DNA from: Pseudogymnoascus verrucosus
Taxonomy: Eukaryota
Assembly: GCA_001662655.1 (NCBI GenBank)
Contig: KV460208.1
Length of the DNA stretch: 64,000 nt
Direction: 5' to 3' (one strand)
Of the stretch, positions 14,494 through 25,505 are shown one piece after another. Made by a program: the position numbers and the translations under genes. The stretch's first letter is position 1. The number at the start of each line of letters is the position of its first letter. A model generated the notes under the pieces. The model was not told where the DNA came from. It did no database searches and was given only the letters and a program-made list of their open reading frames with translations.

Positions 14494-14981
14494 GAATGTT
14501 CTTGTTGTGTCGGGGACTATATACAATTCCATCTCAGTGACGACCGACCACGAAAAAGTCCTCATCCTAGTAGAAGGATCGGCAGTTTAATGGCAGCACC
14601 ACCTAATGGACGAGGAGTCCAATGGATGATAGGTTCCCACGAAGAGTATAAAAAGATTATAGATGACTATTTCACGTGTAATAGTACTATAGCGTTATTA
14701 ATCAATCCACAACAGTATAGTAAAGCAGTTGGAATTTGGGGCTTTCTCAAATACGTTTAAGTTAACTGAATCATCAAAGTCACGATAATTACACGAAGAG
14801 ACTACAGGTGCAGGCATTGATATTTAGCATGATCTTAGGTTATCAAGCAATTTATACTATCATGATACTAATGTAAGATATTCAGCTCGGAAAATAGAGT
14901 AAACTTGCCCTGCCATCTGCTTTCAACCCCAAGTCTCGCAGCATCCGAGAGGAAGCCAAGATAGATCTGAAGTCCCTATGC

Positions 14982-15606
14982 CTAATTTCCCCCGCCGCCT
15001 GTATTCTGCCCTCCAGCCTATGGATTGTCAATTCTGATCTACAAAGTGGAATGTGGCTAAACTTACACCAGCCTGATTGGCAATATTTTGCTGCCCCCCA
15101 TCACCAGGTGGTGGGGGAGGAGGGGGGGGGGTATTCCCCTGGTTGCCTCCTCTGTTATTTCCACCCGGGCCGCCATTCTGCCTCTCTACCATATCTCGGC
15201 CCTGATTTCTCTGTGGAGGAGTGGGTGTATTCTGCTGATTGGCACCATTTTGCTGCCCCCCATTACCAGGTGGTGTGTGAGCAGGACGGGGTGTATTCTC
15301 CTGGTTGCCTCCTCTGTTGTTTCCACCCGGGCCGCCATTCTGCCTCTCTACCATATCTCGGCCCTGATTTCTCTGTGGCGATGGAGGAGGAAGAGGTGGT
15401 GTAGGAGGAGTCCCGCCCGTTTCACGATTCTGTCTATTGTTGAGACGCTGATTATTGTTCCGTGGGGGTTGGCCTGGAACTTCTTGGGGTGGTGGAATTG
15501 CTTGAATAGAAAGGTCAAACTTCGTGTTCTGGACAGGAAAACCATTGGCGGTGAAAGCTGTTATGAGGAGGACGACGAGGGAAGCGTGGCTGGCTTGCAG
15601 TTGCAT
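14982..15606 (-). CDS. Small secreted G/N/Q/P-rich repeat protein; intron 15066-15018
   Basis: Hydrophobic signal-peptide-like start (MQLQASHASLVVLLITAFTANG). Two near-identical 162-nt (54-aa) units. A GTAAGT...TAG intron gives a final exon AGGQNTGGGGN*. Confidence 0.75.
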
Positions 15607-17410
15607 TTTTGAGATGTGATTGGAAGAGTTGGCGAGGTAATAAGTGATAGTTCAAAGTTGCTTAGGGATTTTGTGATTATTATCAGACCGGCTGATAAGA
15701 AGTAGATTTGAAAATATATTGAAAGAAGATGAGAAGTAATGAAGGTTGCCGATTTAGTAAAAAGAAAGGAAGGCAAGCCTCATATATGTATGTCCTTATG
15801 AATTGTTTTGTTGGCTGGATGTCTCTCCTTGAAAGAGTTGATACAACATGAGAGCCAATTACGTACGTGTCTCTTGGAATATCGTTAGATCCTGAAAAAG
15901 TGAACATTCTCCTACACAAGCTTACGTGCTCTGTTTGGAATGTGTAGTTTGCAAGCCCGAACATCCTGAACTTCATCTGATTCCAGCAACAGAGTGCGGT
16001 CTGAAAGCCGGATCTGTTTGAGTGTCCCGCTAATAGAATACATGCTAGAGGCGACGATACAAAGATGCCGAAACGATGCCTGCGGTCGACCTGCTTGAGC
16101 CTTGAGTCACACCAACAGAAACACCTGAAAAGCCGGCTTGAAGTTTCCAAAATCCGTTCTAGTATTCTAGTATGAGCTATAGTAGAGATATGCTGATCCA
16201 AATGATGCCTAAATTCTCAATCGAGGCATCTCAAAGCATTTTAATTGTCCTTAAAGTTGACTAAGCACCAGTGACTTTCTTTAAGTTATTGAAATAAGTT
16301 GTTGAGAAAGTTATCTCTGGAGGAGCTGTGGGAAACTTCCCTAGACGTGTTCTTTTGCAATTGAGTTTTTAGTGACTCTTCATTTGGGATTTGTTTGTTT
16401 CATAAACTCCCTGCAGCATCTTCAAGCAGAATCAGTAGAGCAGGTGCTGAAAGACGCGTATACCTGCCATAATCGAAATGTCTCAGTTGGGACTGAAGCT
16501 GTTCATGTCACGTGCTAGTTATTATCATATAGCAGTCTCAAATATAGCACTATTTAGGCTTAGTTTACTCACTGAGTGCAACATCCTGCGCTGGCTCAGG
16601 ACGCTGCTCTCCAGACAATATACACTCATTGAAGCGATCCATTGAAATATCAGTTGGTTGACATCGCCAATGAATCGTACCGGCTGCCCAACTGAGAAGA
16701 TGCATAAGATTTGTATACAAAAGCGTTGTCTAGAATAGCAGCTTCAATCGTGTCCCCCTGATCAGCTGAAACATGGGACCTCATGTGTTGGACCAGTTAA
16801 GGGGACGACTCATTTCTCAACCTGGTTCAGGAGTAAGGTCATGTGAGGCGAGGATTTTCCAAGTTATTTTCCATCGTATCCCGATGTCCCAGACCCGATT
16901 TCTTCTCTAGGTGACGACAGTGTTTCAGTTCACTTTCGGTTACGTTGCTTTATCGTTATTATAGTTTGTTCGCATTACTATATGACTTACGTGGTGTGTG
17001 ATCATCTTAGGTTTCAAGGGACTTATGCCAACGACGTCTTCAAGGCTTAGCACGCTTAGCACCAAACTCTCGAACGTAATTGGGAAATATTCCTGGTCTC
17101 ATAAAAAGACTTCCTTGTACGTTTGTCGTCCACTACACACGTTTCCACCGTCCACGAACCCCTTAGGCGTCAGCATTCGAGGCGGAGTAATATTCTCAAA
17201 TTAGACACATTGGAAATGCGGCGATGTTATTCTGTACGCCCTTATGATAGTCAATCATGGGAAGAAATCTATAAAGACAGGATGGAGTTTCCCAAAGTTT
17301 ATCTTCGTCACCCTCACCACCATCATCACTTTCCTACTCAGCTTTTCATTGCCTAGCTTTCCTAACTTTCAATTACTTCGCCACTCGTTTTCACATTATA
17401 CGCTATCAAA

Positions 17411-18421
17411 ATGCACTCATTCACCACCGTCCTGATCACCGCCTCGGCCCTCCTAGCGACAGTTTCCAGTTCTCCCCTCCAACTCCGCAGCACCTGCGGT
17501 GGCGCACCAACCGGCAATGGCAGCCAACAACCCCTTTCCCAACCAAGCGGTATCACCACCGCCAAAGCATGCCAGGCTAATTGCACAGCTAATGCATCTT
17601 GCCAATCCTTCGTCTTCGGCATGGTGAACAATGCAGTCAAATGCATCCTCTACTCCGTCCCAGCGGCTTCAGCCCCTAAGCAATCAAGCAGCAATCTCAT
17701 CGCCTACGATAAGTCATGCGGCTCCGTCCCAGCAGTCGTTCCCACGGCATCCAACCCAACAGGCGCTAAAACAGGTGGGAAACTCGCCATTCGAGCAACC
17801 TGTGGCTCTGCACCAACTGGCCCTACCGGAAACGCCAAACCCCTTTCTCAACCAAGCGACATCACCACCGCCAAAGCATGCCAGGCCAAATGCACCGCTA
17901 ATGCATCTTGCCAGTCCGTCGTCTTCGGCATGGTGAACAATGCAGTCAAATGCATCCTCTACTCCGTCCCAGCGGCTTCAGCCCCTAAGCAATCAAGCAG
18001 CAATCNNNNNNNNNNNNNNNNNNNNNNNNNNNNNNNNNNNNNNNNNNNNNNNNNNNNNNNNNNNNNNNNNNNNNNNNNNNNNNNNNNNNNNNNNNNNNNN
18101 NNNNNNNNNNNNNCACCAACTGGCCCTACCGGAAACACCACACCCATTTCCACGCCAGCAAATATCTCCAGCGCCGCTACATGCAAGACCCAATGCCAAG
18201 CCAACCCCTCTTGCAAATCGTAAGCTCTCTCCCCCTCTCTCCCTATCTCTACAAAACACTAGAATATCAGTGACGAGTATATTATGATTAGGTTTGAATT
18301 CGGCACTCCATCACCGAACGGCAGCCCCACCTGCCGTCTGTTCTCCGTCGCGGCCGCCTCCGTGCCTACATCAACGAGCGGGCAGAGTTTTGTTGTCTAT
18401 GATGTGGGATGCTCTATCTAG
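17411..18421 (+). CDS. Secreted Cys-rich protein with at least 3 tandem PAN/Apple-like modules; spans an assembly gap; intron 18220-18291
   Basis: Signal peptide MHSFTTVLITASALLATVSS. Repeated C..CxxxCxxxxxCxSF..C..YDxxC pattern with a 309-nt period. The final exon ends ...FVVYDVGCSI*. Confidence 0.8.
18006..18113. other. Assembly gap (108 N) inside the repeat gene
   Basis: Run of N characters. Confidence 1.
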
Positions 18422-18913
18422 GCACGAATCACACCACATATAGTTGAGATTGGGGCTCATTAACTTGCTACCTCACTCAGGTCGGGATTCTCTTTTGTTG
18501 GGGCGTAGGATGGTATGCTACTGGGGTGGGAAAGGAGGTTGGTGCATTCAGAGACTCAGTGGGAGGAGTTCGCATTTTTGTTTTGATTTTTGATTTTAGC
18601 AAATATCTGTCGTTACCAATCTAAGAAAACTCGCCAATCTATGGTCTGAGCAGGGAATTAGTCCTCGCGACTTTTTGAATTGTAGTAGATAACTTCACCA
18701 ACCACTTCAAATACAATCATAATAAATTGAAAGAAATTTGAAACCGAACATTTTGAACAAGATGCCGTCTTCCAAATCTTTAAGTTCGCCCTCTGCGCGG
18801 AGGCGTCACGCGCGGCGTGGCCCAACTACCCCGCACCTACCCACCCGTCGCCGATGCGTCTAACAGCCACAAGCGCAGACCGAGTATATTGTGAAAACGT
18901 TACGTCGCCTAAC

Positions 18914-18986
18914 CTCACTCACCCTGCTCACCCCTCGGCTCACCCTGCTCACCCTACTCACCCTCGGTTCACCCTCGGTTCACCCC
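18914..18986. repeat. Short degenerate tandem array of (C/T)TCACCC(T/C)-type units, about 7 copies
   Basis: ctcactcaccctgctcacccctcggctcaccctgctcaccctactcaccctcggttcaccctcggttcacccc. Confidence 0.85.
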
Positions 18987-19053
18987 TTAAGGCGGCAAGG
19001 GGCTTAGATTCCACGCTATGCCTATTAGCACGATTGAGAGTAATAGGCAGGTA

Positions 19054-19119
19054 GATCACAAGCTTATGTATAGTAGAGCGGACGGGATGCCTAGTTCTCT
19101 TAAGTCTGTGGTTGTATGT
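19054..19119 (-). pseudogene. 5' half of a 5S rRNA gene (nt ~1-66), RIP-mutated
   Basis: Ungapped manual alignment to 14428-14493 gives 57/66 identical. Six of the 9 changes are C>T or G>A, mostly creating TpA. Confidence 0.93.
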
Positions 19120-19198
19120 GAAAACTAATATTAAAGAGCAAAGTAAGTAGTACTACTTCCTTAGCATATAAATGAATATTAAGTATTAAAAGGTAAAA

Positions 19199-19261
19199 AC
19201 ATATAATAGTAGATGTTTGCTAGTAGCTACCTACCTAACTACTAATCTACTAATCTTAAGC
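19199..19261 (-). pseudogene. 3' half of a 5S rRNA gene (nt ~57-119), heavily RIP-mutated, retaining its oligo-T terminator
   Basis: Ungapped manual alignment to 14375-14437 gives 47/63 identical. All 16 differences are transitions and 14 are C>T or G>A. The flank aggtaaaaac resembles aggcaaaaaaac at the intact gene. Confidence 0.88.
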
Positions 19262-19508
19262 AAGCACCTAGATAATAGTTGAATTAGTGCTATCTAGCTA
19301 TGTAGGTAAATAACGCTACCCTTACGATTTTGGTTCCCTCACTATCATTAGGTTGTCCTACTAGATATGCCCTAACCTAGAGTAGAGCCAGCTAAATGGA
19401 ACTATGTCCTGCGAGCTACTAAAGCTTTGAATTTCAGCATCAAGCCCTATAGCACTATTACTAGTAGTTTTATTCCTAATATATCATTTAGTTGTCTACA
19501 CTCTAGCT

Positions 19509-22175
19509 TCACTTCCTCGTCCACTTTCCTATCCACTTCCTTACCCACTTCCTTACCCACTTCCGCTCCTTACCCTCGACCCCATTCCAATCAACTACCT
19601 CCCTCGCCCTTCTGACAACTTTCAAATACACAGGGAATAGGCATGCCATCCCTAGAGCAACAGCGACGATCCAGAAACTCCTGCGCACCCCCATCTTGCT
19701 CTGCGATGCGAACAAAACCCATGGTCCCATGGCGCCACCCCCAGTCCCAGCTGCTAGCATCACCGCACCCCTCTTTGTCGCGCGGCCTAGACCACGCAAG
19801 GCGATCGCAAAGATGAGGGGGAATACGGGGCCTTCAAAGAAATATAACCCAACCGTCAGACCCAACACCGTATTAGGGTGGGTTGTAGCGGTGTGTGAGG
19901 GAAGCGCCGCAATAGTTATAGATATGGCCATGCCGCCTAGGAGAGAGGCGCAGAGAAGTTTGCGTGGGCGAATAACGAGGCACAACGCGCCGCACAAAAA
20001 GCGTGACACCGCAAAGACGCTGTGGCCAACCAAGGATATGTTTGGTAGTGTCAAAGAAGGGCTGAAACCCAGATCATGGTCGGCGAAGAGGTCAGAGAAC
20101 CAGAGGTTGACAGTTTCCTGTGCGGCAACATACAGGAACTGTGCAAAGACACCGATGGCAAGCGTTATAGACACGACTCTAAAGGCGCCAATATGCGTCA
20201 ATGTCCTTGGCTCTATGATAACTCTGTTCATAGGCAGAGATCGAGATCGTGTTGCCCTCTGCAACTCTTGGTCAGTCGCTTCCGGAAGCGGCATGTAGTA
20301 AAAGAAGAGACCGAGAATGACCGCGAGGTATGAGATAGCAAGGTATGTCCACTGTACGCCAATTAATGTTGAATGTTCTTTTACACTCGCAAAAAGTACT
20401 TTAGAAAGAAGCTCGCTAACCACGCTTCCGATAGCCTGAACCCCCTGTGCAAGCAGTAGTCGCATCTCACCATATAATGGCGGACCGGCAAGAGCAAGGA
20501 AGGGATTCGCGGCCGTCTCGAGAACGGAGAGACCGAAGCCTACGACGAAAGTAGATATGACGAAACCAGGGAAGGAAACGAGAACCGCAGAGGGCCAGAA
20601 CATGAGAGTTCCAACGCCATACACACAGAGCCCCGCAATGAATGTCACCTTAAACCCCCCCCTTGTTAACGCATACCATCCTAATGATAAGGGTCCGAAT
20701 ATATACCCGCCCCAATATGCTGATAGTAAGCCTATGCCTTGCGATACAGCAGAATGCGAAATTGCCACTATCTGTGAGTTCAAGTGGTTGAGAAGGCCGT
20801 ATGAGAAACCCCATAAGAAGAAGAGGATCGTAACAGCAGTGCAGTACCTCCACGAGTCCTCCGAGGAAAGATCTGCCAAACATTTCGGGCGCCGGATATT
20901 AACAAAACCGAAGTAGACGCTACCGGAACTAGAAGCACTCGATTCTTGTCTGGCCCGCATATTAGTTGCCGTGGTTGGTATAGTGATAAACTCTATATCG
21001 TCGGCTTCAACCTGTCGCCTTGCTTTAGCCGCGATCGGAGCTGTTGCCACGATATTCGCAGGTGGTATTTTTCCTTGCAATGTCGATTCCGGAGATGGAT
21101 TGCTACCGTCCGTATTATCAACTTTTGCAACAGATGCAGTGGGTGTCTCGTGAGAAGAATGGTGGCGAGTCGGCTCAAGCAAAATCGGAAGAATCCTCTT
21201 TACTATCGGCTTCAATGTTGGGATGCACGCACACACAATACCAATATTGACTTCGACCGCTGTCCACATTAAAGAATATGACACGATAAACGCGTAATCT
21301 TTCTCATCTCCTAGCCCAATCGTTGAAGTTGGTGACGCGGTCAAAGACGAGACGTCTATCATGGCCTGTTGCAAAAAATAAACCCGAATCACATCCACAA
21401 TCATTACAAATATTCCCAAGGCGAATGTAAACACCAATATATTCTTTTGCCTCCGAGGCATATGTATTCCAGTAAGCATAGGTATCGGAAGTACCAGGAT
21501 AATAACATCGGTAACGATTGTAATCGGTGTGGAGGTAAGATATAGCGTGATGATCGGAATGCATTTTGCTAGATCATTATGCACGTTGAAGGTCTTACTG
21601 ACCGGTCGACACTGGAATATATAGAGGAGTGTCAAGACCAAACCCCCCGCGTTGACTAGCACAAGCGCTGCATATGAAATAATTCGAAAAAGTTTATTCG
21701 TAACCCTCGATAGTCGCAAGTAAAAGACTAAGAGGCTTGACTTCGTCGCTACAAGAGCTGGATTCTAGTAAGTATTAGCTGTAGCTCGCTTTATATTGCC
21801 TAGTCCATCCTTTCATTTTCCTCCTAACCTAAGACCTTTTGTGGATATACGCACATAAAGCACACTAAATGCATATATGCATTTCTTTAATGGCAGCACC
21901 CACTCGTCCTTGATTCTTGCATCTGGCTTTCCTAACCCTTTTCCCGTCGCAAATACAACCACGACACTAGCCCCCAACGATAGTATCCAGCCGATAACAA
22001 TTAGATAATCGTCGAATGTTATATGCTTGACGATAACTGCACGGCTTATCAGTCGTCCAGCTATTAACACCGTCGCGACGGAAACCGTGACAATAGTCAC
22101 GATTAATATCGTGGTGTTGCGGTCCGAAAGATTTATGTCGTTGGGCGAGGAAGAATGGGGGGATTCAACCGCCAT
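19509..22175 (-). CDS. Fusion of a PTH11-like (fungal rhodopsin-like) 7TM domain with a FucP/glucose-galactose-type MFS permease; intron 21854-21765
   Basis: N-terminal part: RLISR..DDYLI, ATKSSLLVFYLRL, FQCRPV, TDVIILVLPIP, WTAVEVNIGIVCACIPTLKP. C-terminal part: LFFLWGFSYGL, GLSVLETAANPF, FLYVAAQE, FEGPVFPLIFAIALRGLG. Both lie in a single reading frame. Confidence 0.9.
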
Positions 22176-23102
22176 CTGGGACAGCCCAGCGACGATTGCA
22201 TTGCTTGTCTAGGATTCTCTCTCTATTGAACCGACGTCTACGTCTAATGTCCCTCAGCTTTGATTTTTTGAGGGGCAAGATAAGCAATTTATGTTGTGAA
22301 CAACCGAGTCGACGACCTGCGTCGTCTTCAAATTATGTCGCCGGAGCTACGTCATGACTTGTATTCCTTAGCCACACGTGCACCAACTTTCGGAACGGGA
22401 TGCTACCAAACACGAAGTAGAGGTGCTAAACCCATGTGAGCTAGGGCTCAGAAACCGTACCCCGCTTGCCGTCTCATAGTATACTAATATTCTAAGTAGT
22501 AACTATAGGTGGTAGTACCTATAGGTAGATGCAACTTATAAGATCGTTCTAGGTAATTGCTATCTTATGTCCTATTATAATTTACTTACATTATTTACTA
22601 AGTGTCTTTAGCCTCTTAACACGTTAGTTATTAAAAATAATTTTGCCTTTTACCATTTATACTTTACTCTAAAGTTAGCCTTCTAAATAGCTTTACTAGA
22701 CCTCTGTTTTTCTAGATAAAATTAGAAGGGTACTAATTTCTATGCTAACGGCTAAATGGAAGATCTGCTGTGCTGTGTTGTGATGGGAACGTGGAGGGTT
22801 TGCTCGAATATCAAAATCGGGCTGCATGAGAATTCGATATGGGAGGTTTGTGTGATATCTCACGTACAAGACAGATTCAAAGCTCAAAAAAAGATATGGC
22901 ATTTGCATTTTGTAAATGACAGGCAAGCGCATTAAGGCGCATAGCTATCCCTACGTATTAAATGGGCTTCTTGAGCTACGACCGCTCAATTTCACGGCAT
23001 TCTAGGGTATTCAACATCCTTCTCTACAGCCCTCTGTTACTCCTCTTTTAAGCACCTTCTCCACTACACCATTCAAGGCTAACTAAAGCCAGCCATGACC
23101 GT

Positions 23103-24897
23103 TTAGACCTTTGGAGCCTCGTCAGACAGACCAGCAGTCTTGTCCTCGGCGTGGTACGCATTCAGAGTAGCAAGCTTGTCCGGGTCAACGTTACCACTTT
23201 CAGTATGGTGGATATCCCTGTTAACACGGGTCTTCCACGCCGGGGTACCAATAAGACGCAGGGCGCCAGGGGTAGAGTCATCAAAGATGTTCTCAATCTC
23301 CTCCAGAGTCTTAGAGGCCGTCTCGGGGAACATGAAGAAGACGTGGATGAACATGACGGTGCAGAAGACACCGAACAGTATGTACACCTTCCAGGTGATG
23401 TTCGCGAATGCCGGGGGCACAAAGTAGGCGAGCGCAAAGTTGAAAGCCCAGTTAGAGCTGGTCGCGAGCGCAACAGCCTTTCCACGAACGCGGAGAGGGT
23501 ACAGCTCGGGTGGGTAGATCCAGGAAACGGGCCCCCAAGTAGGCGCATAAGAGGCTACGAAAAGATATGTACAGGCGATGAGAGCGGTGGCGGGCTTGCC
23601 GGAAATGCTGAAGCTCTCAGCAGCGTTATCAAACTCTCCGGGACGGGGAGCGCGGGAGTAGGTCGCCACGAGACCGGCGTTGGCGAACATCCAGGTTGCC
23701 ATCAGTGCGGCGCCAACAAGCAGTGTTGGGCGGCGACCCCATCTGTCGACCCAGATCAGGGCGGGGATGGTCATGACGACGTTGATGATGTACTGGATGC
23801 TCGAGGAAAGCAGTACGGCAGAGCCGACGTTGGCCATTGTGAAGACATAGGAAATATAGTACATCATGACGTTCATACCCGTCAGCTGCGACCAGATCTG
23901 CATGAAGATACCGACGTGAGTACGGTTGATCATGCCGGGCTTCAAAAGCTCCATATATGTAACGTCAGCGTTTTGGCGCTCAAAATCGACGGTGGCCTTG
24001 ATCTCAGCAAGTTCCAAGGCGACGAATGGGCTGTCCACATCTCCCTTCGCGTGGACCAAAACAAGGACGTTGCGCGCCTCTTCCCAGCGGTCCTGACGTG
24101 CGAGCCAACGAGGAGACTCTGGCAGAAACAGCAAGAAGACGAAGAGAAGGATGGCAGGGACCATCTGGAGACCCCACGGGATTCTGAAAGCTGCCGTTCC
24201 CTTGATACTAGCAGTGCCGTAGGATATATAGAACATGATCATGATACCCCAAGTGATTGCCCACTGTTGACACCCCACCATGCGGCCACGCTTCGAAGGT
24301 GGAGCAATTTCGGAGAGGTATACAGGCACTTGTGCGGAGCAGATACCGACTTTGAGGAGTTAGTTGCTGAGAAACAATGGCTGTGTTCAATTTACTCACC
24401 AGAGAAACCGTTGATAATACGGCCAACAGCCAACATAGCAATGTTTTGCGAGGCACAGACAATAATAGAACCAATACACCTGCGGATTATTAGCCTCCTC
24501 TGCGCGATATTATACCAAGATGGTAGGAGCTATAGCGGGCTCATACCAGATAATTGCACCGACTTGAATCGAACGTTTGCGGCCAAGCTTATCAGAGAGG
24601 TAACCAGAGATCAGAGCACCGAGCCAAGAGCCACCAGGCATGGCAGCAGTAATACCACCTTGCACATCTGGCTTAGGACCGTAGCACTTGTTGACATCGT
24701 CTCCTTGAATTTGACTAAATACAGAGTCAGGATTCTTGGCTCGACAAGCAGACTAGAGTTGCTATTGCTTACTTGAAATAACACAAGTATGGTTCGGTAG
24801 AGATAATGGCAGACATGGAAGCAATGTCAAAACCAAACAGACCACCGCCAATAACGGCGACGGCCGTGATCACGTAGATGTTGCCCACGGTATACAT
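23103..24897 (-). CDS. Sugar porter family MFS, high-affinity glucose transporter (Hgt1-like); several introns near the 5' end
   Basis: GGLFGFDIASMS, PVYLSEIAP, PESPRWL, QLTGMNVMMYY, VDRWGRRP, WGPVSWIYPPE and PET motifs. Confidence 0.93.
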
Positions 24898-25019
24898 TTT
24901 GGAGAATCCAAACGGCGAACGCAGTTCAGCGTATTTGTGTTCTCTTACAGCGGAATCGAACCCCTCAAGAGTCTCGGAAGCGTGGGGGAGAAAAAAGATC
25001 AGAGGCACGCGAGGATGAG

Positions 25020-25505
25020 GGGAAGCTGGGGTTATATGAGAAAAATGCGAGAGCTGGAGACTGTGGAGATGTGGGGATCGCGTCAGGTGTGAAGTCGAAT
25101 AGGACCGATGTTCTGAACAAGTCGGCCACTACGCGCCTGGTATGGAAGTTCACCTGATGATCTGCTCGGACGCTATTCCCCCGTACTCCAACACAATAGG
25201 GGGACTGGGGAGAGGGTAGGATTGATAGACCCCGCTTGGCGGGGATTAGCCCACCATCCACGTTTTTTGGCCACTCGTCATGGACGGCGTTACCACGGAG
25301 CCGTCAAAGGGTCATGGTTGCATTCTCCCCACCGCGGAGGTTTGAAGGTGGCAGCGACTCCATGGTTTGGAACCCACTTAAATGTATGCGAGCCTTCAGC
25401 TATTGGGATCGATCAGCATAATCCTCCGCGCCATGTCCATTCACAGCACTGCTCGTTTTGTGGCCATGATCATTGAACATATCGGCTCCAAAGAGCTGTG
25501 GGGTT
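25020..25505. promoter_or_regulatory. Cluster of about 10 SYGGRG (CreA/Cre1/Mig1-type) sites upstream of the glucose transporter
   Basis: CTGGGG 25026, CTGGAG 25054, GTGGAG 25063, GTGGGG 25071, CTGGGG 25205, GCGGGG 25239, CCCCAC 25327, GCGGAG 25334, CTCCGC 25424, GTGGGG 25498. Confidence 0.5.

Noticed and set aside
22460..22800. Search for the missing 5S 5' half, or a recombinase/transposase remnant, at the right-hand RIP-like flank
   Set aside because: No alignable 5S sequence or transposase/DUF3435 motif is visible by eye, so the element's right boundary remains unproven.
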